Shown here: positions 17,865 through 28,343 of the stretch, in pieces
How the letters are laid out: every line of letters begins with the position of its first letter
Position numbering within the stretch: the stretch's first letter is position 1
NCBI GenBank assembly: GCA_964552775.1
Contig: CAZKIH010000014.1
Coordinates: forward strand, 26,991 to 90,990
DNA: 64,000 nucleotides
Source: an uncultured Ignavibacteria bacterium
Lineage (GTDB): Bacteria > Zixibacteria > MSB-5A5 > CAIYYT01
Reading direction: 5' to 3'
Notes under the pieces: model-generated
What the model was told of the DNA's origin: nothing
Seen by the model: only the letters and a program-made list of their open reading frames with translations
Databases searched by the model: none
Made by a program: the position numbers and the translations under genes

Positions 17865-20800
17865 ATGCGAATCAACAGCAGAACGATTTTGGATCTGCTG
17901 CATCGTTCGCAATACCGCTGTTGTTGCTCGACTCTGCTTGCTGTGACTCTTCTTACAGCTCTATTGTACGGTGCTGTGGATGAAGCCGCCCTCAGCGGCG
18001 GCACCGCTCACATGGCGATTCTGCTCAAGCCCGAGCAGACCCAGATGAACCCTCTTCGAATCGACACGCTGTCGTACGATTTCACTTCCAGTCTCGACGG
18101 CTGGGGATTCCTGAACTCGCCTGACACCGTCCAGGAATACTACCCGGACGCATCCTGCATCGAACGCTGGAGAATGATATCCGTTTCGCCTGTCTTTGAC
18201 ATTCAGTGGAGTAGTTTCAGCACGACAGGTGCCGCGCAAGTGTATTGTCCATTCCGGGGTTACAACTCCGGCTCCTGCAATTACCGCTGGTGGATCAAAT
18301 CCATTCAGACTCCTGTCCCCACACAGTGGAATGGCGTACGTCGCATCGAAGCACGCATCTACCGATCCACAAGTGGCTCTGTGTATGCGATGATTGGATA
18401 CAAACGACCGGGTGATGACGTATACCAATATCAGAGTTGGTCGGGAAGCTTGCCCGGCAATACCTGGACAACCATCTATCTCGACGAGCCATCCACAGGA
18501 GCCTTCAGCAATCTGACCGGAGTCTCGGTGCTCTTTGGCGCGTATTCTGCCGACGGGAACGTATATGTTGATCTGGTCAGAGGCCTTAAGTTCGTGGCCG
18601 TTACTCCGACGCTCGTATCTCCGGGGGATTCCGTTGTCATACAAGATAATACTCCCAATTTCGTCTGGTCTGGAGACGGTGACTCCTATACTCTGCAGAT
18701 CGACACGGACCCGATTTTTGCCACACCCACCATCTATCCTGGCATAGCGGCCAAGAATTATACTGCGCCCGATCCGTTGCCAAACACTGGAGGCTATTCC
18801 GGATTCCGATACTACTGGCGGGTACAGGCCAATTATTCCAACGGACAGAACTCTGCGTTTTCAACCGCTAATCGTCTTGAGATTAGTGGACCGCACGAGG
18901 TCCCGTCCGAGTTTCCTGATCTTCGATCGGCTTACAATGCTTTCCAGAGATTTTCTGGAGGGACCATCTTGGTAGCGCCGGGTACCTACACTGGGCCCAA
19001 TAACTGCAATCTCGGTGGATTCGGGGAAAAACCTGTTCATGTTATTTCTTTAAGCGGCGCCAGCGCGACGATTATTGACTGTCAGGGGCTCTACCGCGGA
19101 TTCTACTACGATCTGTATTCAGTTGGTGGCACGCGGCTGGATGGATTCACAATTCGCAATGCTGTCGGCACTGGGGATAGTGCAGCTGTAGTCTGTTGGA
19201 CCGGTTCGCCCGACATCCGCAACTGCATCATCGAGAACACCAGGGGAAAAGGCATTTACTGTCGCAGTGGCGCACAACCCAAAATCACCAATTGCCGGAT
19301 TGCCGGCAGCGACAGCGCCGGCGTCGTCCTTGAATTGGGTGCCAACTCTACAATCAGTGGTTGTACCTTCACAAACAACCGAACCTATGGCTTGGAATTG
19401 CGAGATGGCACCACGGCCCAGGTCAATGGCTGCAGTTTTCTTGAAGTCCTTCCCGGTTCCAGCGGCATCAGCCATAGTCTCTCTGCCTCCGGAGCAACTC
19501 TCACCATCAGCAATAGCCGCTTCTCCAATTCCCGTGGTACCGGACTGGTTGGATCAAATAGTGCGTTGACAATCCGTAACTGCGTTTTCTCGGGAAACAA
19601 GGAGTCCTATGCAGGCGGAGGCATTGGACTGTGGTTGGCGCGAGACAAAAGTGTCACGATAGATTCCTGTCTGTTCGAAGACAACAGCGCGCCAAGTGGC
19701 GGCGGCATCTTCATTTCGCAAGTCGCCGCGCTGAATATCTCTCGCAGTACATTTGTCCGGAACAGCATTGGCATTGACGTAAGCGCCGAAGCGTCAGTTG
19801 CCAAACCAATCAGCGTCAACAATACGATTATAGCTTTTAGCACTACCGGCGCAGGTGTCAGGTCGCCGAACACTTCAATTGCCTTGAATTTTGCCTGCAG
19901 TGACATCTTCGGCAACACAGGTGGAGATTGGGTCGGTACGATTGCCGGTCAGTTGGGAGTAAATAACAACATTGGCCTTAACCCGCTATTTTGTGATACT
20001 GCCAATCATGACTTGACGATTGCGACAATTTCACCGTGCGCTGCTTCCAATACTTCGTGTGGGCAAATCGGGAGGTACGAGGCTAACTGCACATTGAATC
20101 GACCTCCGACTTTCTCTTTGACACGCGACACCGTAATTGCTGAAGGTACTGCTCTGGTCTTGACAGTCTCTGCGACCGATCCGGACGAAACCACACCTTC
20201 CCTTTCTGCAGAGAACCTGCCCACGAATTCAACGTTCTCAAGTCCTGCCGGTGGTTCTGGGACTCTGTTGTTTAATCCAGATTACAATCAGGCTGGCATT
20301 TACTCGGTCAGGTTCATTGCGACGGATGGCGAGTTGTCGGATACGCTGGTGGTGACTATCACCGTGAATGACGTTAATCGCCCACCGACGCTTGACTTGG
20401 TGAGAGACACTTCAATTGCGGAAGGTGCAACATTGTCGCTTGTGATTCGAGCTAATGACCCGGACGGGACCACTCCCGTCCTGACAGCAACAGGTGTACC
20501 TTTGCACGCAATCTTCACGGACAACAGGAACGGCACAGGTGTGCTGACCTTCTCTCCGCAAACTGGTCAGTCCGGCAACTACGCACTTGGGATCATCGCA
20601 AGCGATGGCAAATTGGCTGATAGCGCGACGATCAACATTCGGGTCTATCACCAGAATCGAGTTCCAGAAATCTCCGTCCCTAACGACACTACTGTGAGCG
20701 AAGGGCAACATCTAATGCTGACGATTCACGCAGCCGACCCTGATGAAACCATTCCTGCATTGAGTGCAAGCGAGTTGCCACCCGGCGCCACTTTCGTTGA

Positions 20801-22517
20801 CAATCATGACGGCTCCGGTGAATTTAACTGGACACCTACACTGACTCAAGCCGGAACCCATGTGGCGACTTTCCGCGCGAGCGACGGTGAGTTAAGCGTA
20901 TCTGCGTCCGTTAGCATCCATGTATCAAATGTCAACCAGGCACCGCAGTGGACCATCTCCCGCGATACTCTGATCTCGACTAATGACAGTTTAACATTAG
21001 TGGTCTCTGCCTTCGACCCCGACGGCACGCTGCCAGTTCTGTTCGCCGAGAATCTTCCGGCGAATTCGCAGTTTACGGATAGCGCCGACGGACGCGGCGT
21101 GATGATTTTCTATCCCGAGGTTACCCAGGTTGGCGCATATTCGATCAGGTTCATTGCGTCTGACGGCATTTTGCAGGACACTATGTATGTTACTGTGACT
21201 GTTACGCTCGGCCCGTTGCTTGCAGTGGATCCGGACACGCTCAGTCTTCAGAATGACCAAGTAACCGGTTCGATTACCATTTCTAATTCCGGTAAAGGAA
21301 ACCTTGAATGGACGGCAACTGCTGATGCCGCTTGGTTGAGTCTCGATCAGACGTCAGGAAATCTGACCGAATCGGAGTCCGTGACAGTAACAGCTTCGGT
21401 CGATACGTCTGGCATGAGTTCTGGCTCGCACTCTGGACAGGTGATGATAAACTCCAACGAGGGACAAGTTAACGTCACCGTTACCATTCACAGATTGTTG
21501 TCGCTAATGATGCCACCGATTCTGACCAGCGTGCATGTGGTTGACTCGATTCGAATTCCCTTCAATGGGTTCATAGACGCAGATTCATTGCTCGCCACTG
21601 TCGAAGTGGAAACGAAATCGCATCGAGCCAGCAAGAAGATGGTGGTCCAGCAGGGTGGGCGAACGATTCTCTACGTCGCGCCGCTCAATGAGCAGGAATT
21701 TGATGAGCTTGATCTGATAAAGGTTCATGTCGGCCAAAATCTACGCGATGCTCGAGGCGTTCCGCTCAAAGCCAGTGACACATTGCGCGTCTTTCTTACC
21801 GGTGCAGCAATCTGGCCCGGCGATACCAATGCGGATAGCGTTGTAGATGAACGCGATATTCTGCCAATCGGCGTCTACTTCAATCAACAGGGACCACCGC
21901 GTCAAGATGCAGTCCTGAATTGGTACCGTCAGCTTTGCCATGCCGTTGTTGCCGGCAGCGCCTGGGAACCGTATGAATCGATATATGCCGACGCTGATGG
22001 CAATGGCAGCATCGAGTACGAAGATATTTGTGCGATCAGCGACAACTGGATGAAGAGCGTTCCAAACGAATCACTCGCATCCAGATCGTTCGACTCCCGC
22101 GTTTCACTGCAAAATCTGGGGCCGGAGACAATCAACGGCCTTTATACGGCACTTCTTGGCTGCGACGAGTCACAAGGGCGCGCAGAGATCAGAGACATGC
22201 TGGAGGCCATGTTGGTAGAGCAAAAGGAAGTCCTTCCCGATCGCGTGACATTGTGCCAGAACTATCCGAATCCGCTCAACCCCACAACCACAATCGAATT
22301 CTATTTGACTGAAGCGGCTCACGTCAAAGTGACTATACTGAACGTGCTCGGAAGGGAAGTGCGGACATTGTGTTCCGGCAATTACGGTGCCGGTTTTAGT
22401 CGAGTGGAGTGGAACGGCACCGACGACTTAGGGCGAGATGTAGCTTCTGGGGTCTACTACTATCGTCTGCAAATCGGTGATCTCACATTGACGCGGGCAA
22501 TGTTGCTGAGCAAGTAA
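17865..22517 (+). CDS. Giant (1550 aa) T9SS-secreted surface protein: right-handed beta-helix (pectate-lyase-like) region, 5 cadherin-like/Ig repeats, BACON-like domain, dockerin-like Ca-binding repeats, T9SS type-A C-terminal sorting domain
   Basis: Parallel beta-helix repeats (NCRIAGSDSAGVVLELGANSTISGCTFTNN...); about 100-aa repeats PPTFSLTRDT...ATDPDETTP...; BACON-like DPDTLSLQND...NLEWTATADAAWLSL; DTNADSVVDERDIL / DADGNGSIEYEDI; C-terminus LCQNYPNPLNPTTTIEFYL...VYYYRLQIGDLTLTRAMLLSK. Confidence 0.85.
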   Translation: MRINSRTILDLLHRSQYRCCCSTLLAVTLLTALLYGAVDEAALSGGTAHMAILLKPEQTQMNPLRIDTLSYDFTSSLDGWGFLNSPDTVQEYYPDASCIERWRMISVSPVFDIQWSSFSTTGAAQVYCPFRGYNSGSCNYRWWIKSIQTPVPTQWNGVRRIEARIYRSTSGSVYAMIGYKRPGDDVYQYQSWSGSLPGNTWTTIYLDEPSTGAFSNLTGVSVLFGAYSADGNVYVDLVRGLKFVAVTPTLVSPGDSVVIQDNTPNFVWSGDGDSYTLQIDTDPIFATPTIYPGIAAKNYTAPDPLPNTGGYSGFRYYWRVQANYSNGQNSAFSTANRLEISGPHEVPSEFPDLRSAYNAFQRFSGGTILVAPGTYTGPNNCNLGGFGEKPVHVISLSGASATIIDCQGLYRGFYYDLYSVGGTRLDGFTIRNAVGTGDSAAVVCWTGSPDIRNCIIENTRGKGIYCRSGAQPKITNCRIAGSDSAGVVLELGANSTISGCTFTNNRTYGLELRDGTTAQVNGCSFLEVLPGSSGISHSLSASGATLTISNSRFSNSRGTGLVGSNSALTIRNCVFSGNKESYAGGGIGLWLARDKSVTIDSCLFEDNSAPSGGGIFISQVAALNISRSTFVRNSIGIDVSAEASVAKPISVNNTIIAFSTTGAGVRSPNTSIALNFACSDIFGNTGGDWVGTIAGQLGVNNNIGLNPLFCDTANHDLTIATISPCAASNTSCGQIGRYEANCTLNRPPTFSLTRDTVIAEGTALVLTVSATDPDETTPSLSAENLPTNSTFSSPAGGSGTLLFNPDYNQAGIYSVRFIATDGELSDTLVVTITVNDVNRPPTLDLVRDTSIAEGATLSLVIRANDPDGTTPVLTATGVPLHAIFTDNRNGTGVLTFSPQTGQSGNYALGIIASDGKLADSATINIRVYHQNRVPEISVPNDTTVSEGQHLMLTIHAADPDETIPALSASELPPGATFVDNHDGSGEFNWTPTLTQAGTHVATFRASDGELSVSASVSIHVSNVNQAPQWTISRDTLISTNDSLTLVVSAFDPDGTLPVLFAENLPANSQFTDSADGRGVMIFYPEVTQVGAYSIRFIASDGILQDTMYVTVTVTLGPLLAVDPDTLSLQNDQVTGSITISNSGKGNLEWTATADAAWLSLDQTSGNLTESESVTVTASVDTSGMSSGSHSGQVMINSNEGQVNVTVTIHRLLSLMMPPILTSVHVVDSIRIPFNGFIDADSLLATVEVETKSHRASKKMVVQQGGRTILYVAPLNEQEFDELDLIKVHVGQNLRDARGVPLKASDTLRVFLTGAAIWPGDTNADSVVDERDILPIGVYFNQQGPPRQDAVLNWYRQLCHAVVAGSAWEPYESIYADADGNGSIEYEDICAISDNWMKSVPNESLASRSFDSRVSLQNLGPETINGLYTALLGCDESQGRAEIRDMLEAMLVEQKEVLPDRVTLCQNYPNPLNPTTTIEFYLTEAAHVKVTILNVLGREVRTLCSGNYGAGFSRVEWNGTDDLGRDVASGVYYYRLQIGDLTLTRAMLLSK

Positions 22518-22721
22518 TCGGGCTGCTGACCACGTTGACGGCCATCATCCGCTATTTTGGATAATAGCCAAATCACTGTATTGTGTGTTGTCAGACCAAT
22601 CTGAACTTTGATTGCTGAAGGTCCGAACATGGTTTCGACTTTCGCAATCATTATCGGTCTTGCTTTCTCCTTGTATCCTGAATCAGATTACAGCGGACAA
22701 TCCTCAATATGCCCCCTGCTC

Positions 22722-23426
22722 TTAGTTCCTTGCTTCGACCAGGGCATGGACCAAGTAGCTGATTGGTACGATCAAGCCTGTCGCAAGACCCAATCGATGT
22801 TGAAATCGGATGCCGCCGTGAAGGTTCTTGATCTTGTGCGTTCTTACGATCGGATCGGTGGAATTGTAATCGTATTCTGAAGCCCGGTATGGAAGTGAGA
22901 CATGCCGAAGATAGAGCCCAGCCCAATTGTTGAGTGAGACAGCAACGTCAACGGTTGTACCGGAACCATCCAATCGCGATGGAGGAATTCCATAGTACAA
23001 TGGCGTGCGTCTTCCAATGTCCTCATTGTCGAATGCCCCGATGGTTCGACCGAGACCGACGTCAAGACAGATGTCTCTACTGAGCCAAGTCTTGATGCGT
23101 CCCTTCAATGCTATGGGAAAGTCGATTTTTTCAGTCGCACCTTCAACAACCAATCCGATAGCAAACCCACGCGTGATGTTACGCATGATCCCCAGCGACC
23201 AGACCAGATCAAAATTCGAATTGCTGACATACCCGGGCGTATCGTTGCCTTGGAGCGGGAAATCAACTCCGAAGTCAGTCATCAGAAAAAACTTTGACTC
23301 ATTGATTTGTTGTGCTTTCCAGCAGATGTTCTTCGGTTGTGCCGACACAGCACTTGTAAAAACCAGCGCCACGAGAATAACTGCGACCTGTCTCAATATC
23401 CACCTCCGTTCAATGAATCCATTCAT
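22722..23426 (-). CDS. Secreted hypothetical protein, possibly outer-membrane beta-barrel
   Basis: Start chosen at MNGFIERRWILRQVAVILVALVFTSAVSAQ (signal peptide); alternating amphipathic beta-strand pattern. Confidence 0.5.
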   Translation of the reverse strand: MNGFIERRWILRQVAVILVALVFTSAVSAQPKNICWKAQQINESKFFLMTDFGVDFPLQGNDTPGYVSNSNFDLVWSLGIMRNITRGFAIGLVVEGATEKIDFPIALKGRIKTWLSRDICLDVGLGRTIGAFDNEDIGRRTPLYYGIPPSRLDGSGTTVDVAVSLNNWAGLYLRHVSLPYRASEYDYNSTDPIVRTHKIKNLHGGIRFQHRLGLATGLIVPISYLVHALVEARN

Positions 23427-23545
23427 CTTGGAAATCAGCTGTTTTGTCAACGGCTCACCTTTTGGAGCAGCTAAGTTAGACCAAGAAGCAGTAGCGGTCA
23501 ACGATTCCTTTAAAGCCATTTCGGAACTGAGCTGCCGACACCTGC

Positions 23546-25090
23546 CTACCCCTCGCACGGCGGTGCCCCGCCACCAAAGATATAAAGTATCAAGTAAACG
23601 GCATCCGAGATATTGATTCCTCCGCTGCAATTGGCGTCACCAGCAGCAAGCGGATTGGGCGCTGCACCGCCGGCGAAGATGTAGTTGATCAAGAACACCA
23701 CGTCCGAGATGTTGACTACAGCGTTGCCGTCGGCATCGCCGGGAAGAAAGTCGCGGACAACGACTTCAAGCGAGTCGGACCATTGGCGTGCTGGTTCCCA
23801 ATCATTGCGCGACAGAACGCTCACCTGATAGACACCTTGGCTTGTCCAGGAGTAATTGACTTGGCAAGTGTCGCCAGACATGTAGGGACCCAGCCAGGCC
23901 GAAGAATCACCATTGCCGAAATCCCATCTGAAGTGCAGGGGACGAGCGGCGCTGTCCACGCAGCTCGTTGAATAGCTGCACGTCGAGTCTGGCATAACAA
24001 AGGAGCAACCCTCTGGAAGTTGAGCCCGATCTGGTCGAGGTGCGGTGAGCTCGCGACTGGCGACTTCGAAGCTAATCTGGAGCTGAAAACTATCGACATA
24101 GATCAGAGAAACGGAGAGGTAGAGATCGTGCGTGGACCTTGCACCACTCTGTCTGATTCGACTCGCATACGCGGCTGTGTCGGTTGCACCGCCAACCAGA
24201 ACATCATATCCTCCATCATAGTAGCATGTCGGAGTGTAACGAACATTGTATTTGCTGTGCAGGAATGAATTGGCAATCGAGTTCGAAGTCGGCAAGGCTG
24301 TGAAAAGGAACTGGTACGTGCCTTGAGTCCAAATCGTATGCAACGCAGACCGCGTCGCCGGGCAGTATCCTCAGCCACTGCTTGCTGCCCATTCGATAAG
24401 AACATTGTGCGTAAAGCTCCCGGAAGCTGTGTCGGTACCAGTCTGGCCGGGAATGGCCGCAGCGGCAGCGTCAATCCAATTGGCGGTGAAAAGGTACGAA
24501 GGAGGAGGGCCCGGGCTGGAGTAAGCCGTGTGGCCTTCTCCGTTGGAAACCGCGGCCAATACCATGATGTTGTCCTGCTGAATCACTCCAAACGAGGCGG
24601 AATTCCAGATGACGGTCTGCCTGATCGTGTCAGTATAACCGAGCGAGATCGATTGGTTGTAGGCAAAGTCGAGTAGGCCGAAGTCAAACGGGACTCCATA
24701 AGAGTCTGCGTAGCGAGATACCGGTTCAACTACGTAGACCCGTAGAGTACCATTGTAGACCGAGCTATTTAGTTTTTTCCCGGCAGGTGTTGCAGGCTTG
24801 GCGTCTTCTCGTGCTGAATCGTAATCAGGCTTTACAGATTGCGGGTCTGGTGGAACTTGTGAAAAGTCGTGTGCCAGAATCAAATCTTGGGCAGCACTTG
24901 CCCCGGTCTCGACCACTGCGGGGCTCGCAAAAAGGGGAACAGATATCACGAGCAGCAGGTAGACTGCACCAAACAATTTAGAAATTGCGCCCTCTATACG
25001 TAGTCCTGACCTCAACGATACATCCACGGCGCCATCTGGCGACCGGTGCCGCTTATTCTGTCGATCCCTGCGTGAAAAGCATGAACACAT
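23546..25090 (-). CDS. Secreted PKD- and dockerin-containing protein split by a single in-frame UGA (ORFs 24371..25090 and 23546..24343 share a frame); pseudogene, sequencing error or UGA recoding
   Basis: Read-through gives ...IEWAASSG-[UGA]-GYCPATRSALHTIWTQGTYQ... with continuous sequence character; PKD-like FRWDFGNGDSS; C-terminal dockerin pair GDADGNAVVNISDVVFLINYIFAGGAAP...GDANCSGGINISDAVYLILYIFGGGAPPCEG. Confidence 0.6.
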
Positions 25091-25164
25091 GGTAACACCT
25101 CTATTCTGAGCCTAACTACTTCCGCTTATCGCAAAACTGCTAAAAACCCTCGGTGTTGCACGCC

Positions 25165-25282
25165 GCCTACCCTTCGCACGGCGGTGCTCCACAACCACAG
25201 ATATACTGAATCAAATATACAGCATCAGAGGTGATGACATCCCCACTTCAGTTCGCATCGCCTGAGCGCGGACAATGACCCA
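25165..25282 (-). pseudogene. Decayed remnant of a dockerin-module 3' end (intergenic)
   Basis: Minus-strand reading gives ...SGDAN*SGDVITSDAVYLIQYICGCGAPPCEG* with the same CCTACCC(T/C)TCGCACGGCGGTGC sequence found at the 3' ends of genes 23546.. and 49315.. Confidence 0.5.
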
Positions 25283-25330
25283 GCACACACTGAGCTCCAT
25301 TTGCGGCAATTCTGCATCACGAACGACCTC

Positions 25331-26890
25331 TCAATCAATTTGGGCTGTGACGACGCGTACTCCATCAATTTCGCGGGCCATGGCGAGGATTCCCTTGGCG
25401 ATATTATCGTCTTCCGAAATGTTGATGATCTTGCTCTGACCGCCGAACCGTTTACGAGTGTTCTTCAGATATGTCGCACAACTGCCGGGTGGTACGGCGG
25501 TGACAATCGGAGCGGCCATTGCCCCGGGCTGTCGCCGGGTACGGTAGCGACCATTGAACTGCTTCATGTATTCGTCCAGCGACCGGCCATACGATTCGAG
25601 GTCGGTTGGACACTTGTCAAATTCGAGAACCCAGTGGTGACGCGGAATGAGTGAACCAGTTGTTGAACCATACGTCAAATGGTGATTTAGACACTTCGCT
25701 CCGTTCTTTTCATCAACGGCAATGAGCACTCGGCGCGCGTGATCGGCGTTGGTCGCATCGCCAAAGCGATCAAGCACTTCTCCTACCCGGCCAATTACGC
25801 GCATACGAGGTGGCCGAGTAGATATGAATTGCACAATGTCTCCCACACACAGGCTCCAAAGCCCACTTGCATTGGTAACATATAATGAATAGTCGATGCC
25901 CGACTCAACGGTCTCGATCGTATATCTGGTCGGACTCGCCAGATTTTCTTCTCCTGCCTGGACGAACTCGAAGAACACTCCGCCATTCAGATTCATGACC
26001 AGACCTTCATTTTCACCTCGATCCTGAAATGCAAACAGTCCTTCTGACGCGGAGTAGGACTCGACAAAATCCACTTTTGGTCCGAGGAAAGATTCGAGTA
26101 TCGCGCGATAGGAACTGAGAGCGACTCCACCGGAAAAGAAAACCTTCAGATTTGGCCAAACCTTCCTCACCGCTTCTGCACCGGAAGAGGCGCCAACAAC
26201 TTCGCGCACACGTTCAAAGAAAACTGGTGCCCAGCTCGGGACCATAGCGAGCGATCGCACATCCTTTCGCACTGCCATCGCGGCAGACTTCATGAGTTTT
26301 GTATCCCAATCGTCCATCAGCATGACGCGCAGCGGTAGCGCCTGAAGCCAGGGCGCGAGAGTTCGTGGCGCGTAATAGGCGAGGAGTCCACTGACTTCAC
26401 CGGCTATCTTGCCTCCCACGATACCGGCTTCGATGCCGCCTGGCAGGCTGAGAATTGTCCCTCGCAGTATCGCCGAAGCACCATCTTTGTTTGCGAGGTA
26501 ACACAACCCGGGTAGCAAACTGCTCTTGGTGAGGTACGACACTGTCTCCCGAGACAATGGTATGGCGCGTCCTCCCGAACGGGTTCCGCCGGAAACAGCG
26601 AATGCCATCGGAACACCGGGCCAGACCACGTTCGGCTCGCCACCGACTACACGATCAAGGTAGGGTCGCAGATCGGCGTAGTCCGACAGTGGGACGCGAC
26701 ATTGGTACTCTTTTATCAACTCAGGAGAACGCTGAAGCTCACCAAACCTGTGTGTGCGTCCCCAAGTGGTATCCTTTGCTCGCCGAACCAGGGCGCATAG
26801 CAAGTTTCTTTGGGCATCACCTGGGTGTTGCAGCGATCGTCTGAGACGCCACAACGGTGAAAACGGGCAATTCAGTACATGCGCAAGCAT
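25331..26890 (-). CDS. GH3 (auxin-responsive promoter) family adenylating enzyme-like protein
   Basis: About 520 aa, recognised from overall size and composition only (weak call); start set at MLAHVLNCPF so it does not overlap the divergent gene. Confidence 0.5.
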   Translation of the reverse strand: MLAHVLNCPFSPLWRLRRSLQHPGDAQRNLLCALVRRAKDTTWGRTHRFGELQRSPELIKEYQCRVPLSDYADLRPYLDRVVGGEPNVVWPGVPMAFAVSGGTRSGGRAIPLSRETVSYLTKSSLLPGLCYLANKDGASAILRGTILSLPGGIEAGIVGGKIAGEVSGLLAYYAPRTLAPWLQALPLRVMLMDDWDTKLMKSAAMAVRKDVRSLAMVPSWAPVFFERVREVVGASSGAEAVRKVWPNLKVFFSGGVALSSYRAILESFLGPKVDFVESYSASEGLFAFQDRGENEGLVMNLNGGVFFEFVQAGEENLASPTRYTIETVESGIDYSLYVTNASGLWSLCVGDIVQFISTRPPRMRVIGRVGEVLDRFGDATNADHARRVLIAVDEKNGAKCLNHHLTYGSTTGSLIPRHHWVLEFDKCPTDLESYGRSLDEYMKQFNGRYRTRRQPGAMAAPIVTAVPPGSCATYLKNTRKRFGGQSKIINISEDDNIAKGILAMAREIDGVRVVTAQID

Positions 26891-26970
26891 AGCAATATCC
26901 AGTTTAATATAGACAAAATGCGCCAGATTAAGTATGTCTTTTTGGGATGGTTTCTTCACACTGTATTGGT

Positions 26971-28197
26971 ATGACAGAGCATTCGAGCTACTTCTCCGAC
27001 ACGGGCCCGCATCGATACCACGCTCTTGACAATCTCAGAGCGATTCTCTTGTTGCTCCTCTTGGTCCTGCACGCCTCAGTTGCATACATGGTGACGCCTC
27101 TCGACAAAATCTGGCCGTTTAAGGACAGCTCGACCAACATAGCCTTCGACGTAGTGGTGGCGTTCATCCACGCGTTTCGCCTACCGCTCCTCTTCGCGAT
27201 GGCCGGATTCTTTGGAGGAAAGCTCTACTCGGAGCGGGGCCCGCTCGAATTTCTGAGGAACCGGTTGAAGAGAATCGCAATTCCCCTAATTGTCTTTTGG
27301 GTGGTCTTGGCTCCCCTGATCCTTGCTCCCTTCGCCCTCATCCAGCTCGACCCTGGCACACGCACGATTGTGGGACTGGCCTCTTGGCTTGTCAGCTCGG
27401 AAGCACGGTCTCATCTTCAATTCTTCCACCTTTGGTTTCTCTTTGATCTTCTTCTTTATTATGGCGCGGTACTGCTCTTCCTCTGGATTTCCAAGCTGAC
27501 TTGTCCAAAGTGGAGAGCCGAGATTCACCGAAGGATCGGTCTGGTGGTCTGGAGTCCATGGGGCCTATTACTGTTCGTGGCTTTAACCGCAACAACCCTG
27601 CTTCCCATGAAATTAGGGATCCTCGAGACTCCGGCAACATTCGAGCGACCACTATCAACCTTGATAGCAAATTCTCTCTTCTTCCTGTTTGGCTGGGGGC
27701 TGTTCATTCGCCGTGATCTCCTGGACCGCTTTACCCAGCGAGCGTGGTTCACTGCATCGCTCGGAGTCGCGTTCTTCTTAGCACATCTGGTTTGCGTAAG
27801 CTCGTTGCTTGGTGGTGGCAGGTTGCTCTGGATCCCGTCGATCATATTCGCTTCGTTGGCGATTTGGCATCTCATCTATGGAATCATGGGGCTGTTCCTC
27901 AGGTATTGTAACATGCCAAGTCGCCTCTGGCGCTATATCTCTGATTCATCCTACTGGTGCTTTCTGGTGCATCTGCCCCTGATCGTCTGGCTGCAGATTC
28001 TAATGGCGGAGTGGAAGATTCCCTCGATATCTAAATTCGCGATTGTACTCGCAATCACGACAGCAATTTGTCTATTGACCTACGACAGGTTCGTGCGTCA
28101 CACGCGAATCGGGATTCTCATCAACGGAAGACGACGCCCGCGGCACTCACGATCCGACGAAATGATCAGCGATCGGAGCGAATCTGATTTTCGGTAG
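26971..28197 (+). CDS. Acyltransferase family 3 (OpgC/OatA-like) integral membrane protein
   Basis: RYHALDNLRAILLLLLLVLHASVAY N-terminal motif, about 10 TM helices. Confidence 0.65.
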   Translation: MTEHSSYFSDTGPHRYHALDNLRAILLLLLLVLHASVAYMVTPLDKIWPFKDSSTNIAFDVVVAFIHAFRLPLLFAMAGFFGGKLYSERGPLEFLRNRLKRIAIPLIVFWVVLAPLILAPFALIQLDPGTRTIVGLASWLVSSEARSHLQFFHLWFLFDLLLYYGAVLLFLWISKLTCPKWRAEIHRRIGLVVWSPWGLLLFVALTATTLLPMKLGILETPATFERPLSTLIANSLFFLFGWGLFIRRDLLDRFTQRAWFTASLGVAFFLAHLVCVSSLLGGGRLLWIPSIIFASLAIWHLIYGIMGLFLRYCNMPSRLWRYISDSSYWCFLVHLPLIVWLQILMAEWKIPSISKFAIVLAITTAICLLTYDRFVRHTRIGILINGRRRPRHSRSDEMISDRSESDFR

Positions 28198-28343
28198 GGG
28201 GGTTAACATTCTGCCGAGAACGAAACCGCTCGCTGGTCGCGTATTGACCTGCGTATCTTGAATTTCAATTCCCAGTGCCCGGGTTGAGAGGAAGAGGAAG
28301 TGTGGATTGGCAATGCACGCGTCTCCGGAAATGGCCCCGACTT

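Noticed and set aside
24371-24373. Treating the in-frame TGA in the dockerin/PKD gene as ordinary gene termination with a new downstream gene start (TTG at 24343)
   Set aside because: The downstream ORF would start with a TTG lacking an RBS. Its N-terminus has no signal peptide although the C-terminus is a dockerin. Protein sequence continuity across the stop argues for one original gene.
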